NCBI GenBank assembly: GCA_951804945.1
Contig: OX638154.1
Location: 32,178,001 to 32,242,000, forward strand
Source: Podarcis cretensis
Lineage: Eukaryota
DNA length: 64,000 bases
Direction of reading: 5' to 3'
Part shown: in pieces, positions 38,870 through 50,259 of the stretch
How the letters are laid out: each line of letters starts with the position of its first letter
How positions within the stretch are numbered: the first letter of the stretch is position 1
The notes under the pieces: generated by a model
Told to the model about the DNA's origin: nothing
What the model saw: the letters and a program-made list of their open reading frames with translations, nothing else
The model's database searches: none
Translations under genes and position numbers: made by a program

Positions 38870-41858
38870 CTCATTATTACAATATCACATTCTACTTTCA
38901 ACTTCCATAAAGTTAGAATGAAAAAGTAATCCACTAGTTTACCCCCTTTTAAAGAATTCCTCATGAGCAAAGTTTTTAATTCAGCCACTTGACAGGTGTC
39001 TTTCATTTCAAGGTACAGGGTATTGAAGAGTAAGGACACTATACCTCAGGGGAATGGGATATACCCTAACCATATTGTTCTTTTTTATAATTTATTGATT
39101 AGCGTATGCTCCCTACTAGAGTAAATACACCGTTCACGGCTGTTTACAACATATAAAACATAATGCTTCCATAAAAATAACGTTAAATAACAAAAAAATT
39201 CAGAATATATCCATATATGTGTCATAAAATAAAAGGTCACAATGAAATGGTCTTCAATAGCTTGCAAACAAAAAACAGCAAGGGAGAGAGCCAACTGCAT
39301 TTCACAAGGCAAAGCATCCCATGATACCAGTTATTTAGAGGCCTCTTCTCTTGTCCCACTCAGTTGTGCTTCCACTCTAGGAAAGACACAGAGAAGAACC
39401 ATTCCTTCTGATCTTAGAGAGCGACTAAGATGACATGGGAGAAGGCAATCCCCAAATGATTGACTTGTTGACTCAAATGTCTTTTTCAGAGCCTCTTCCT
39501 AGATCCCTTACACTTGGCACCTCAAAAAGAGTAATACTGTGAGAACAATTAAAATGGTGTAAAGCAGAAGGTCTCACTGTGGCTTCGGAAACCGTCTCAC
39601 ACCAGATCGGACTATTTGTCCATGTAGTCTAGTACAGTGGTGCCCCGCAAGACGAATGCCTCGCAAGACGAAAAACTTGCTAGACGAAAGGGTTTTCCGT
39701 TTTTTGAGGTGCTTCGCAAGATGAATTTCCCTATGGGCTTGCTTCGCAAGATGACAACGTATTGCGGGTTTGCTTCCTTTTTCTTAAAGCCGTTAATATC
39801 CGGGGAATCCGAGCTCCGCAAAACGAAAAAATCGCAAGACGAAGCAACTCGCAGAACGAATTAATTTCGTCTTGCGAGGCACCACTGTACTGTCTATTCT
39901 AAATAGTCATGGAGATTCCAGACCCTGAATCAGAGATTATTTTTCAAGAAAGTGCAGATGGGTGTTCTTTGTGCAGGAAACTCAGGCTGAACCCTGTACC
40001 AACTTCACAACAGTTTTAACACAAAGGCTGCAATCCTCTACCCACTTACCTGGGAGTAAGCACCATTAGGCTCAATGAGACTTACTTCTGAGTAGACATG
40101 TATAGGATTGCCATGTATTACAGAGCAGCAGACATTAGGTGAGGGGAGCAAAATCAATAAATACTATATGAACATTTGCAATCAGAACAAAGTTAATGTT
40201 AGGGAGTCAAACCGAACCCTTTTTTTAAAAAAAACTGAAAACCCAGCATAATCAGAACCTACATAATCATTGGTGATGTTAACTGTCTGCAAACTTTTAT
40301 TATGCCCGAATTCAACTGTGATCCACTTTATAATTTCTGCTGTATTTATTAAACAAAATTATTTTCAAATGTCATTTTTATTTATTTATAATTTTTATTA
40401 AAGAATACCATGCTAATTTTATGTGCTGTATAAATCTCTCATTTCCTAAATAGCCAAAAGTATCTGAACTGAAATGTTTGATGTTATATTCAAGTGAATG
40501 CAAAGCTGTACTATTTTTTAATGAAATACTTATCAATATTCACATTACAATTTGGTAACATATGCTTCCTCAAATTTTAAGGTGGACAATGAAGGCACTG
40601 AAAATGGTTAACATGCTCAGTTTTAGCATACTCAGTGCTATATCTGCTAAGATGTATGCATGCACACTTTGAGGGGAACCATCCATTTTGACTAGTTATT
40701 TTTATCCAGTCATTATTTTTACAAATTAATTTTATGAAACAATGCAGTTTTAGAAATGGGTCTTTTTTAATGTGGAAAAACATAGCAATGGAATTTTTTC
40801 CATTACCGAAAATATCCTGTCCCACATCACTGTTTGAAACAAGAATGAGAACGCAATCAGAAAAAAGGGCAGGTTATTAGTTTGGAGTAAGGGTTTGACT
40901 AAAAACTGAAAAGATAGCACTTACTGACTCCAAAAACAAAGAATTATAATAAACTACTAATGCATTCACAGAACTAATATTGAGAAGAATGCAATGCTAA
41001 AATCATGGTTTACTGCTATAAGAACAAGCTGTAAAAGTATTAAGGAAAGCCTTAGGCTTGAGTGCTTCCCCACTGTCAATGCAGTCAGGACTTTTGCCAG
41101 CATTTGTAATAAACCAGATTGTGGAAAGTAAATGTCCTTTTCCTGGTCAATGAAGAAGAAATGAAGGAAGTGTGGGAGCATGAGCCTCTGCTCTGACTCA
41201 CTCCAGCTAGTGCATATAGTACTGCTAAACAATAGTTTAACACTGTGTACAAATGCAGCCAATATGGTTTGCAGGCAGAGATAAAACTATTTTTCTGGTT
41301 TAGATATCACAGGAACTGTGAATTAACCAGGCAGTTTCCCCCCAAGCTGAGCGTGTAAACGAAGGGAAGATAGGAATACTAAAGTTCAGTGCACAATACC
41401 ATTACACCCAAACTAGGCCTTTAGGTTTTTGAAACTTTCTACTTTTACAATGTGACATAAAGATTGTCAGATAAATAGCTGCATCTGTACAATATATTTA
41501 AACATTTTGTATTATTGACATTAGGATAATTATCACGTTGATACTAATCACCTTATCATATATGTGAACCACCATTTACGTTTTCTCACATAAAGTAGAA
41601 CAAGACTAAGTGGTTCGGATACTCTGAACCAGTTACTGAAATGCTACTGGTCTGATTGCAGTTGAATCAGAACCAGACCTGAACTGGAACTTTTGTTGGT
41701 TTGACTCCCTGTTTGTAGCACAATGTGACAGCATCACAAAAATGTATCCAAGTTTTATCATGAAATAAGAAATACCAGTTTTTTAATCTGTCTCGGGCTT
41801 CCAACTGGGCTCCCACTTCAAAGCTGATACCTCTTCTGTTTGGTGGATGTTTTCTCAT
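11448..41858 (-). CDS. PHF20: PHD finger protein 20, complete spliced CDS, 998 aa (2 Tudor domains, AT-hook, C2H2 finger, Lys-rich NLS, PHD)
   Basis: 17 coding exons totalling 2997 nt, all introns GT..AG and in phase. N-terminus [28 protein letters not shown] and C-terminus [19 protein letters not shown] match PHF20 rather than PHF20L1. Confidence 0.96.
11700..12420 (+). mobile_element. Old CR1 LINE ORF2 (RT) fragment
   Basis: Decayed [16 protein letters not shown], DxxKAF and KFA(DD) motifs. Confidence 0.7.
12438..12555 (-). mobile_element. tRNA-Lys(CTT)-derived SINE with CR1-like tail, degenerate
   Basis: Minus strand GAGCATGAGACGCTTAATCTCAGGGTCATGGGTTTGAGCCCCATATTGGGC continues into CCTTCCAACTCTATCATTCTATG; 5' acceptor stem is lost. 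Confidence 0.75.
12612..12783 (-). CDS. PHF20: PHF20 coding exon 16
   Basis: ..[29 protein letters not shown]; 172 nt. Confidence 0.92.
12925..13159. mobile_element. pogo/Tigger-like MITE, family B
   Basis: Long TIR CAGTGGAACCTTGGTTCTCGAAC / GTTCGAGAACCAAGGTTCCACTG; TA TSD. Confidence 0.9.
14079..14478 (-). CDS. PHF20: PHF20 coding exon 15
   Basis: [45 protein letters not shown]; 400 nt. Confidence 0.93.
14525..14813. mobile_element. pogo/Tigger-like MITE, family C (GCAAGACGAA repeats)
   Basis: TA|CAGTGGTGTCCCGCAAGACGAA ... TTCGTCTTGCGAGGCACCACTG|TA; second copy at 39635. Confidence 0.9.
15259..15454 (-). CDS. PHF20: PHF20 coding exon 14
   Basis: [48 protein letters not shown]; 196 nt. 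Confidence 0.94.
17242..17341 (-). CDS. PHF20: PHF20 coding exon 13 (PHD finger)
   Basis: [33 protein letters not shown]. Confidence 0.95.
18834..19009 (-). CDS. PHF20: PHF20 coding exon 12 (acidic region, start of PHD)
   Basis: [36 protein letters not shown]. Confidence 0.93.
22348..22412. repeat. Local direct duplication
   Basis: AAGAATCCCTTTAACTAAAACTGATA twice. Confidence 0.8.
22604..22768 (-). CDS. PHF20: PHF20 coding exon 11
   Basis: [16 protein letters not shown]..; 165 nt. Confidence 0.88.
23379..23477 (-). CDS. PHF20: PHF20 coding exon 10 (poly-Lys NLS)
   Basis: [32 protein letters not shown]; needs an AAG acceptor; donor G|gtaat. Confidence 0.8.
23548..23691. mobile_element. Short hAT-like MITE
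   Basis: TIRs CAGTGCTTTTTT / AAAAAAGTACTG; degenerate 8-bp TSD GGTATACT / GGTGTATT; related fragment near 55853. Confidence 0.7.
23744..24110 (+). mobile_element. Full-length Sauria-type SINE (tRNA-derived head, ACCTTT-repeat tail)
   Basis: A box GTGGCGCTGTGGG, B box GGTTCAAATCC, tail (ACCTTT)3, TSD TAGTCATGTAAA (23729-23740 and 24110-24121). Confidence 0.92.
24408..24683 (-). CDS. PHF20: PHF20 coding exon 9 (C2H2 zinc finger)
   Basis: [27 protein letters not shown]; 276 nt. Confidence 0.93.
24863..25045 (-). CDS. PHF20: PHF20 coding exon 8
   Basis: Open frame [27 protein letters not shown]; 183 nt; AG/GT flanks. Confidence 0.85.
25317..25490 (-). CDS. PHF20: PHF20 coding exon 7
   Basis: [19 protein letters not shown]..; 174 nt; donor G|gtaaat. 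Confidence 0.88.
28448..28555 (-). CDS. PHF20: PHF20 coding exon 6
   Basis: [35 protein letters not shown]; 108 nt. Confidence 0.9.
29151..29535 (-). CDS. PHF20: PHF20 coding exon 5 (charged region and AT-hook RRRGRPP)
   Basis: tttag| ... GCAG|gtcagt; 385 nt. Confidence 0.92.
30973..31052 (-). CDS. PHF20: PHF20 coding exon 4 (end of Tudor 2)
   Basis: [26 protein letters not shown]; 80 nt. Confidence 0.93.
31857..31941 (-). CDS. PHF20: PHF20 coding exon 3 (Tudor 2)
   Basis: [28 protein letters not shown]; 85 nt. Confidence 0.93.
33253..33424 (-). CDS. PHF20: PHF20 coding exon 2 (Tudor 1)
   Basis: [39 protein letters not shown]; 172 nt. Confidence 0.95.
34312..34399. repeat. Local tandem duplication (CAGACCTATACCTA units)
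   Basis: Two copies of about 44 bp ending CAGAATAATCAGTTCCT. Confidence 0.8.
35305..36580 (+). pseudogene. Tc1 transposase pseudogene
   Basis: (M>I)[21 protein letters not shown].., [32 protein letters not shown]; lost start codon, frameshifts, in-frame TAG, interrupted by a MITE. Confidence 0.9.
36127..36379. mobile_element. hAT-type MITE nested in the Tc1 transposase
   Basis: Perfect 8-bp TSD CCTTAATC (36119-36126 and 36380-36387); ends CATGGACAGGCAAACT / AGTTTGCTGACCCCTG. Confidence 0.88.
37560..37990 (+). mobile_element. L2 3' fragment
   Basis: LHWLP-like CTGCACTGGCTACCG, ACCTATAAAGC, GCTTTTCAGTGGTG.. Confidence 0.6.
38101..38135. repeat. (GTTT)n microsatellite
   Basis: Direct reading. 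Confidence 0.9.
38817..38868. repeat. (TAT)n microsatellite, tail of a LINE 3' fragment
   Basis: Perfect trinucleotide run after GAGCCGCCCAGAGTGGCTGGGG. Confidence 0.9.
39635..39887. mobile_element. pogo/Tigger-like MITE, family C
   Basis: Same TIRs and TA TSD as 14525-14813; different internal segment. Confidence 0.9.
40026..40112. repeat. Short palindromic MITE (GCAATCCT..AGGATTGC)
   Basis: Terminal inverted repeats and internal palindrome; decayed relatives near 2130, 20230, 28250, 32245. Confidence 0.6.
41776..41858 (-). CDS. PHF20: PHF20 coding exon 1 (exon begins at 41886)
   Basis: ATG at 41858; donor TG|gtattt. Confidence 0.93.
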
Positions 41859-44144
41859 TTTGTTATAAGCCGCTGCTTTTATTCCCCTGAAAAATGCAAT
41901 TAAATATCAATCACCAGAACCTGTGTCAATTGCTAATCTGTCTAATCAGATAAAATAATTCATATTCCAATGTTTCAGTTATGTAAGTTCTCTTTGCATT
42001 CTTTATACTGTATGTTGAAAAGAGTGCCCTTAAATATATAGTCTCTTCATTACAAAGACTGGCTTTGTATACCCCAGATCTTACTAAAACTCATCACTGG
42101 AAGTCAAACTGGAGCACCTGGGTATACTGTGGAAACAGTATCATTGTTGAGGGGCTCCCTCCGGTATTCAGGTACCAACATATCTGTAATGCTTCTCAAA
42201 TTAAATTCTTTGTGGTCAATATTTTATTGATAATTCAGCACAATTTTGTACATCACGGTTTGTTGTTTCCAGTGCTACCTTGTCTACACTTTGATCCATG
42301 TGCTATGGCCACCACCTTTAGAGTTTACTGTGTTGTTGCCACGTAACATGTTGCTGGCTTACCACCTGGATTGCCATCTCTAAATGTTTCTCTAATAGTA
42401 CTTATTTTTTTTTAAAAAAACAACAACAATCCTTGCCATATGGACCAGGTACCATGCAGAACAAATTTTGAGTAGCCACAAAGCTCATGCATTGTCTGAA
42501 GAGGTCCTTAATTTCAGTCCTGCAAGTTTACAGATATGATGCACTGAACAGTGCTAGCTTTTACACAGTACAGGAATCTTAGATTTAGTGTATGTAGTGT
42601 CTTACAGAGAACTGAACAGATGCTACTGGATTATCTGGGTTATCTGATATATACTGCTAAATATATTATCTTTCCTGCAAATGCCTTTGTTCTTGCACTT
42701 TTTGCTTCAAGTTCATGCTAACAGCACTACAGGCTTTTACTGCTGCAGTTTTGTTAATGTTGTTTTGTGATTTATCAACTGCTTCATTAACACCATAAGT
42801 CTCAAACTAATGAACAGTGGCATATAAAAGAACTGTTCTGGAACAGTGATCTGGAACATGCACACCACTGATCTAGAACATGAAAATCATTTGCAAAATG
42901 AAACAGCCTCGACATGGTGGTTCTTAGTGACTTGTGTTTTAGACATTACAATAGAACTGCAACGCCTTTTTCTAAAAGCTTTCACCCCCCCCCCCCCGGT
43001 AACTGGAACATTTGTTGACTCCCAGAGTTGTTTTTATTTTCAGTTCTAAGTTTGATGTACAGCTTAAAATCATAATATTTAAATGCTATTGTGAAGTAAA
43101 CTACAATTTTTTTGCTGAAATTTGAGGTGCTATAAATGTGAGCTACCAAGAAGCAGTGGGCATTAACAATGTTTCAAATATTAAAAATATGTTTTGCTGG
43201 TATACATGACTCTGTCAACAACATAATAATTGGACTACAGTAACAAATCCTATACACACAGAGACAAGCCAACATTTGATAGCCAAGCCAAAATTTGCAG
43301 TTGCCAGTAGCCTGCCAAACCCGCTGAATCCAATGAAGTCACTGTGTGGGTGGAAAGACTGCTCATGTAACAGATTTTCCCCTGTGCTCCCCATACCGCC
43401 CAAACCTGCTTCAGAAGGTTGGGGGTGCAGGAAGAAGATAGGGGACGTCCCATTGCACTAACAGAAGTCATTCTACTCATGCAGTGCCTTTGAAAGGCTT
43501 TAGAGGCACGCAGATCAGTAAGCCCAGCACAGGTGTAGGGAACATCGCCACCCATCAAGCTCTGAACTAAAGGTGTTAGGTGAGCCAGTGCTTGCTTTTC
43601 TGGACAGCCCAGCACCAAAAATAGCAGCCCTAGCCTTCTCCAACTGGGAGCTGGTGTGACAGGGATCTTCCCCATAGCTGGGCTGTGCTTCCAGTACAGT
43701 CCAACATCAGGGACAATCCCTACTCGCCATCCACGTCCAAGGCAGAGAGGAGGGCTGGGCTTTGTCTTGTCATGCATCCCAGCAAGTGATGAGACACACA
43801 CTGAGTAGAGTGTCTTAATACAACTGAAGAGTGGCAGCACATCTCCCATCTTAAATGCAATGCAAACATGATCCTGCTTAGCCTTCTCTGCACATCTAAA
43901 AAAAAAATTACTGAGACATATGGAACCATGAGCTAAAATATAACTTGAAGACCTCTACTAAGCATGTGAAAAAGAATGACACCCTCTCCTCCGAAATAGC
44001 TGCACAACTGAAAAGAGAATTGAGGCTTCCATAAGCTTCTGAAACTGGACCCCTGGACCCAAGGCCTATATGGTGCAGTGATGCAACCAAATACACATTT
44101 ATTGAATGTAATTTGTTCCCAATTTAGGCAGAAATAGAAGACTA

Positions 44145-44170
44145 ACACACACACACACACACACACACAC
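44145..44170. repeat. (AC)n microsatellite
   Basis: Direct reading. Confidence 0.9.
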
Positions 44171-46634
44171 TGCTAAGGTTTCTCCTTTTGTAACTTGTTG
44201 CTGGTGAAAATCTGGTCTTGGTTAGCACAATTATTTGTGGTAACTGTATTTTGCCTGCCAGATCACCACTTTGATGAACACTATGTTTTATCAGACAAAA
44301 AGGTATGAAAGATTCAAAACAAGATTCCATAATTTTACACGTCAGCTTATTTTATTGGTCTTGCAGTGCGCGTTCTCTCTATCCCTCCCTCACACACGCA
44401 CAAACACACAAGCTGCAAACTATCAAAAGAGGTCTATGTGGATAGCCAATCCTGCTACTGTAGAACACACTAGAATGGGACATTCATAACCATGCGCCTG
44501 CCTTCTCTGACTTAAAAGGCCAGTATGTAAAGCAAACCTTAAAGCTAGGCATGCAGAGCAAGATGCTGGCAACTAACTCCAGTCAACAGCTGCAGAGTGT
44601 CCTACTGTTTCTTACCCAGAAAACCAACCTATTAGACACCTGTACAAGGTATAATTTCCCACACCTCTTTGTAAACCAGGCAGACAGGGTTTCTCCCTTA
44701 ATACAATACTATGTATTCAATATACAACACAAAAGAAAGGAAGTCTTGTCCATCTGTGTCACTGGATTCTGGGCCCAGAAGGCATAGACAGAGATATGTA
44801 GCAACTTAGCTCAGCTCTGCTCTGCATATGGGAAAAATGAATGAAGGGACAGGAAAGCTTTGACAGAGCCGGGCAAGGAGCAGATTTCATGTGAGAGAAA
44901 AAGGGGGTGACTGATATTTCTATCTATCATGTTCTCTTTTTGGTTCAGGGTGGGTTACTAAAAAAATTTGTCTTTAGGCCAAAGAAATAACTGCCTAAAT
45001 TTCTAAGCCTACTGAGCACTATTAGAAAGAATTACTGTACGGAAACTGTCAAGCAGGCCTCCAGTAGCAGCTATCAGGTACATAAGCAGCAAGTATTTTT
45101 TAAAAAAGTAAGTTTTAAGGTCTCCTAAGTCCCCTTTGCATGTGATGCCTAGCCAGAGGCTGTAACCCAAAGCAGCTAATCCAATAGTCACCAAAGGGAC
45201 CATGACACCTCGCCAGTGGAATATAACTACGAGATAAATCAAAAGCCTTCACGGGCTTTCCAACTGAATGGATGAAGGAGCCTGAATACATTTTAAACCA
45301 TCTGTGTGAATTGAGTGTGTGCTGAATCCTCATGCACAGAGCATAATATGCTTAAAATGTGTGGTCTCCACTTCCTAGGTGGTTCTCCCTCAAACAGAAA
45401 CTACTTTTCCCCCAAAAGCTTTAAGACATTTAATATGTAGATGCAGTTAAATGTATTACAGAATGCTGAGCTGCTCATATTAATGACTTTCCCACCAGAT
45501 AAGTGCTTTCCACCATCAGCTTCTTAATAGCACTGAAAAGTAACCTAGTTTTCAAGAGCACTGCATTTTATTTATTCTGCCATGTTGAGCTTGAACATAC
45601 CACAGCCAGGTGAGTTCAGGACATGCACCAAGGCTAGCATTTGTCTATGGACAGCTATGCTTTATTACTGGAGTCCAAAGGCTATTTCCTCCCACAATGG
45701 AACTGACTAGATCCAACTGACTTTGGTCAAGTCAGTTTATTATTGGACTATTATCATCCTGCATTATTCATTTTATTTATTTCTCCTTGCACTTTGTTCC
45801 TGGTCTCACCAAAGGCCTGTCTCTAGATTCTAATTCTGTTCTTCAACACCCTAAACCGATTCTATGATAATAATCATGCTTCCATACAACTGCATATTCT
45901 ATTTCCTTTGCTGTATCCAGCCTGGAAAAGATTCAGCACTCATAACCTTTATGTTCCATTTCCACAATGCACAGAATGTCTGTAATACTATGTCTCTGTC
46001 TGAAGACCAATCCAAGAGAGAGGGATAGTACCTGCACATCAAGCTCTGTTCTTGACAAGCAGCCATGGACTCCAAGTGCCAGGTTAAAAAAGAATGGTTT
46101 TATACTGCAGTAATGATTTACAGATTTAAAGAAACCACAGATGATCACACTATTTTTCATATTAACTGCTCCTGCTAGTTTACTCATGTTAATGTGTGGT
46201 AGACATTATGGGGCCCAGTACAGACATAATGCTAGCTCCCTAAACTGCAGGTGGAAGTGACCCATGCTTGGGAATATACAAACTGCCCTCTTTCTCCTCC
46301 ACTTTTTGGCACAGGTTTTCCTATTTTTTCTCTTGTTCACTTAACTGTGGGTTATCATTGCATCTGTACTGATATTTGCCATGATTAATGCTGACCAGGG
46401 TTTGGAAATTCAGTCTTAAGTGCAGTTATGAAAGGACCTTTTTATATGATTAGCATTAACTGTGCTTAGTACCACTGTATGAAACTGGGTATTTTCAAGT
46501 TTGGCTGTAAAATTTCATGGTGGTTTATGAATTGGAGCATATCAATGTCCTACAATGTTTCTGCATGCCTTCATTCCCACTCACTTCACCATTTTGTCAC
46601 TGAAGTAATTACATAATGTGCTTTTACTATACTA

Positions 46635-46870
46635 CAGTGGAACCTCGTGTTACGTACCGTCCTCCTTGCGAACGCTTCAGGTAACAAGCTCCGCTAACCT
46701 GGAAATAGTTGCTTCTGGTAGTGAACTTTGCCCCTGGGATGTGAGCGCATCCCGGTGGCACGCGTGCAGTGGGAGGCCCCATTAGCAAAAGCGCAGCTCA
46801 GGATACGAATGGTTTCATGTTAAGAATGGACCTCCGAAACGAATTAAGTTCGTAACCAGAGGTACCACTG
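46635..46870. mobile_element. pogo/Tigger-like MITE related to family A
   Basis: TA|CAGTGGAACCTC ... GAGGTACCACTG|TA. Confidence 0.85.
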
Positions 46871-48959
46871 TATACTATACTTTTTCTGATGAATGTGCCT
46901 AGTGATATATTGGTCCAATTTATATTTATATTAGTCATACACCTTATGTGCAAACTGCTTTGAGATGGTGGTTAACCAATTAATAAATCAGTGATAATAC
47001 TTATTTCATGATGATTATGATTTCTGTTTTATTAGTATATCAGTGGTTCTCAAATTGGAGGGTGGAAGAGACAGAACACCTTAATGGGGTAAAACATTCA
47101 AAGGCAAGATAGTATCATTGAAGATATGGAATCTTTCTCCTTTCACTAGCCAAGGTTTGTGGGCTGAATGCCTTCTGGCAGACATCACTCACTGGATGCA
47201 CACTGAGTTTGTAAGAGTGACTGCATCCCCACTATCTCATCATACCACCCTTATCAGAGAAGAAGGTTGCTAAGATAGATAGGGTGCCTTGTCTGGAACT
47301 TTAGGAAGCATATTCTTCTCTAATAGCAATATTTGATTAGTAGCAAACATATACTAATGAAGCAGCAGAATGAACACAACTGTTTACGAGATTCTCCACA
47401 CAATCACATGTAGCACACATTACTGGAGTTGGTTTACAGAGCTACATGGCACAATAAAATAAAGAAGTTTGAGATACACTGAGATAAGTAATATAATCAT
47501 AAATACTCAGTGGTGACATGTGTTGTGCATCATACCATAAGTAATGGCAAGAACAAATAAAATCTCACCCAGTTCACCCCCCGCAATTTGCATGCCCTCA
47601 TCAGAATTGGTCAGTCCAAAGTAGGAGTGGTGAATGTCCATGATGCCTGACACAATTAGGATCCCTTGCAAGTGGATGGCCACAGCCAGGCTGCGCTGAA
47701 AAACACACCTGCAGGTAAGAAAAGGCAATTGCTACATAAGGCTAAGACCATCACTACTATGGTTTTAACATTCCTATAAAAACAGGCAGCATTCCTGGAG
47801 CAAAGATTTAGAAAATATCTTCCTTGACCCACACCCTGTCCCAAATGCAGAAATGTATTAACAATTCTAGGTATACACACTGATCTCAACCCCAAAGTGG
47901 AATTTTGAAGGCAAAAATAAAAGGATTCCCCTTGAATTGAATTTCCTTATCTTTAAATAATGCTGTGTAATGTAATGTAAACCTATCAAAGGATTAGGGA
48001 TGAGAAAAGTATTCTTAACTACACAAAACATCAAAAACTAATGGGCTACATTCAAATGTTTATTTCTCCATTTAGCATGTAATTTAAGCACATATGATCC
48101 TTTAAGTCTTTACTGACACAATGTATTTTTTAAAAAAGTTGTTGCCTGGTATATAACCCAAAATACTTTAATTATTTTCTTGAAATTCAAAGCTCTAAAA
48201 ATGTAGATTTGTATTGATTACATTTAAGAAACTGTTAAATAAATACTTGTATGAAGAGAGCTGAGGCAGTGGCAGATGAGACGATTACCTCATCCCCATT
48301 AGATAACTGGCACTAGCAGGCATGGAGACAGATGGAGGTTCTGCAGGTGACACTGCACCTATGGGCAACAAATTAACAGGTGGTGATCCCATTCCCACTA
48401 TGGCTGGCTACTCTTTGTTCCTGTCCAGTTTCCGTATCTCTTCCCCCAGGATTCTGCTTCCACATTTCTTTTTATTACCTAGATCTGTTTATCCAGGACT
48501 GACTACTTACTGAGGATTCATGCACACTTTTAACTGTGCAGGGCAGACCCTCAATTTAGTTACTGCCTCCAAGTATGGGAAGTATAATTGGGAAGGGCGG
48601 GGGGGGGGGAGGTAGACTTGAAATAACTAATTGTTATGGTCCAACCATTTCGTGAGATTTGGTCTTACAGCAGCAGCTGGCAGCTCTCCCCTGCAGAGGT
48701 AAGTAACCCATTAAGAATGTCTGCCTCCAGAGATTTCAAGAATGAAGCAGGTCAGATGACAGCTAGAGCACATATGGTGCAAGACTTGCCACAAATGCAA
48801 TTGAGCGCATGCTAAAGGGCATGACTGTGCCTACTGTGAGGTGATAACGGGTGGCGGAGAAAGTATATTCTGTCACCTCCATCTCATCCTTAGGTAGCCA
48901 TGGAACAGAGGTTAACATCCATCCCAATAAACAGGAGCATAGGAAGTCTGCTGTGGTAA

Positions 48960-49330
48960 GTTTACAAGACACTTCAATGATGAAATTTACTGAATCCATG
49001 ATGATTTGGACAACACGGCTGTGAAAAGTCTAGATAAAGTGTAATCTGGTTTTGTGAGAGCAGTTTTAGCCTTTGAGGTCTGGGGATGTGGGACAAGGTG
49101 CTTATAGCCGTTTGACTGACCTGGCAACTTCTCAACCTTTTCACATTGTGGCTGATCTGAACAAGCTTGTGACGGGTGTTGTGTTTTACTGGGTAAGTCC
49201 AAGGCATGGTAAATGCATATTTGTGTGCAGAAGCAGTGCCTGCCATCCTTAAAGAAGCAGTAGTGCAGCCACTCTTGAAGAAGAAGAAGAAGAAAAACAA
49301 CAACTTGGTCACAGGGGCTTATGATAACTA
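48960..49330 (+). mobile_element. Old L2 LINE ORF2 fragment
   Basis: VPAILKEAVVQPLLKK resembles the L2 pre-RT motif. Confidence 0.5.
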
Positions 49331-49809
49331 CTTTTTAGGGAAGATGCTTAAGAAGGGTGGTGGTGGCAGCAGTTTGGCTCCAGGTGCTCCAAGAGCAAGG
49401 TGGGCCAATATTTTCATACCCAGTGGGCCACAAGAATACTTTGTTTGGGAACCCATGGGCCGCACACTGTCTTGTCATGCAGAAATGGGGAGGCCAAAAT
49501 TTGATGCCGCTCCCCCCACCTCCCATGCTGCCTTCCAAAAGCCAAGTAAGTGAGGTGCTGACTCTAGGACCCTATCAGAGCCCTCATGCAACCTTTCCAA
49601 AGTCCAGTGCCTCACTTACCCAGCTCTGAGAAGGCAGTGTGAGGGCTGGGAGGGGTCAAGTGTTGCTGATGGCTGCCAAAAAAAGCCCTAGGCCTTGGGC
49701 CGTGTGTTGGATCATCCTGTCCTAGAGGAAACTGATTATCTACACTCATTCCAGTCTGGGTTCAAAACTGATTTGGCCTTGGTTGCCTAATCATTTCACA
49801 GAGAGATTC

Positions 49810-49996
49810 AGGTAGGTAGCCGTGTTGGTCTGATGCAGTCTCTCTCTCTCTATGAATATAAATGTATATACATTTATATATAAATGTCCAGTAGCACCTT
49901 AGAGACCAACTAAATTTGTTTTTGGTATAAGCTTTTGTGTGCATGCACACAATACACTAGTATCTGAAGAAGTGTGCATGCACACGAAAGCTTATA
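49810..49996. mobile_element. Penelope-like element terminal remnant (inverted arrangement) with hammerhead core
   Basis: GTAGCCGTGTTGGTCTG..GTAGCACCTTAGAGACCAAC..ATAAGCTTT.. and inverse CTGAAGAAGTGTGCATGCACACGAAAGCTTATAC, as in squamate Penelope ends. Confidence 0.65.
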
Positions 49997-50130
49997 CAGT
50001 CATACCTCAGGTTGAATGTGCTTCAGGTTGAGCGCTTTCGGGTTGCGCTCCATGGCAACCCGGAAGTAACGGAGTGCGTTACTTCCGGGTTTCGCCACTC
50101 ACGCATGCGCAGACCCTCAAAATGATGTCA
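49997..50130. mobile_element. Truncated pogo/Tigger-like MITE (left end only)
   Basis: TA|CAGTCATACCTC start, internal palindrome AACCCGGAAGTAAC..GTTACTTCCGGGTT; no right TIR seen. Confidence 0.65.
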
Positions 50131-50259
50131 CCCTCCCTCTTTTAATGGTAAACATGCAAATTGTATTGATGAAGCTAAATTGCTTGACAATAAAAAGTGG
50201 TAAATATTCTGCTGTTTCACAGGCAGTTTTCCATACTTGCAGGAACTAAGCCGGCAAGT

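Noticed and set aside
38597-38929. Poly-Tyr protein ORF
   Set aside because: It is the translation of a (TAT)n microsatellite.
43250-43849. 199-aa ORF in PHF20 intron 1
   Set aside because: Overlaps a palindromic repeat copy; no recognisable homology or convincing splice structure.
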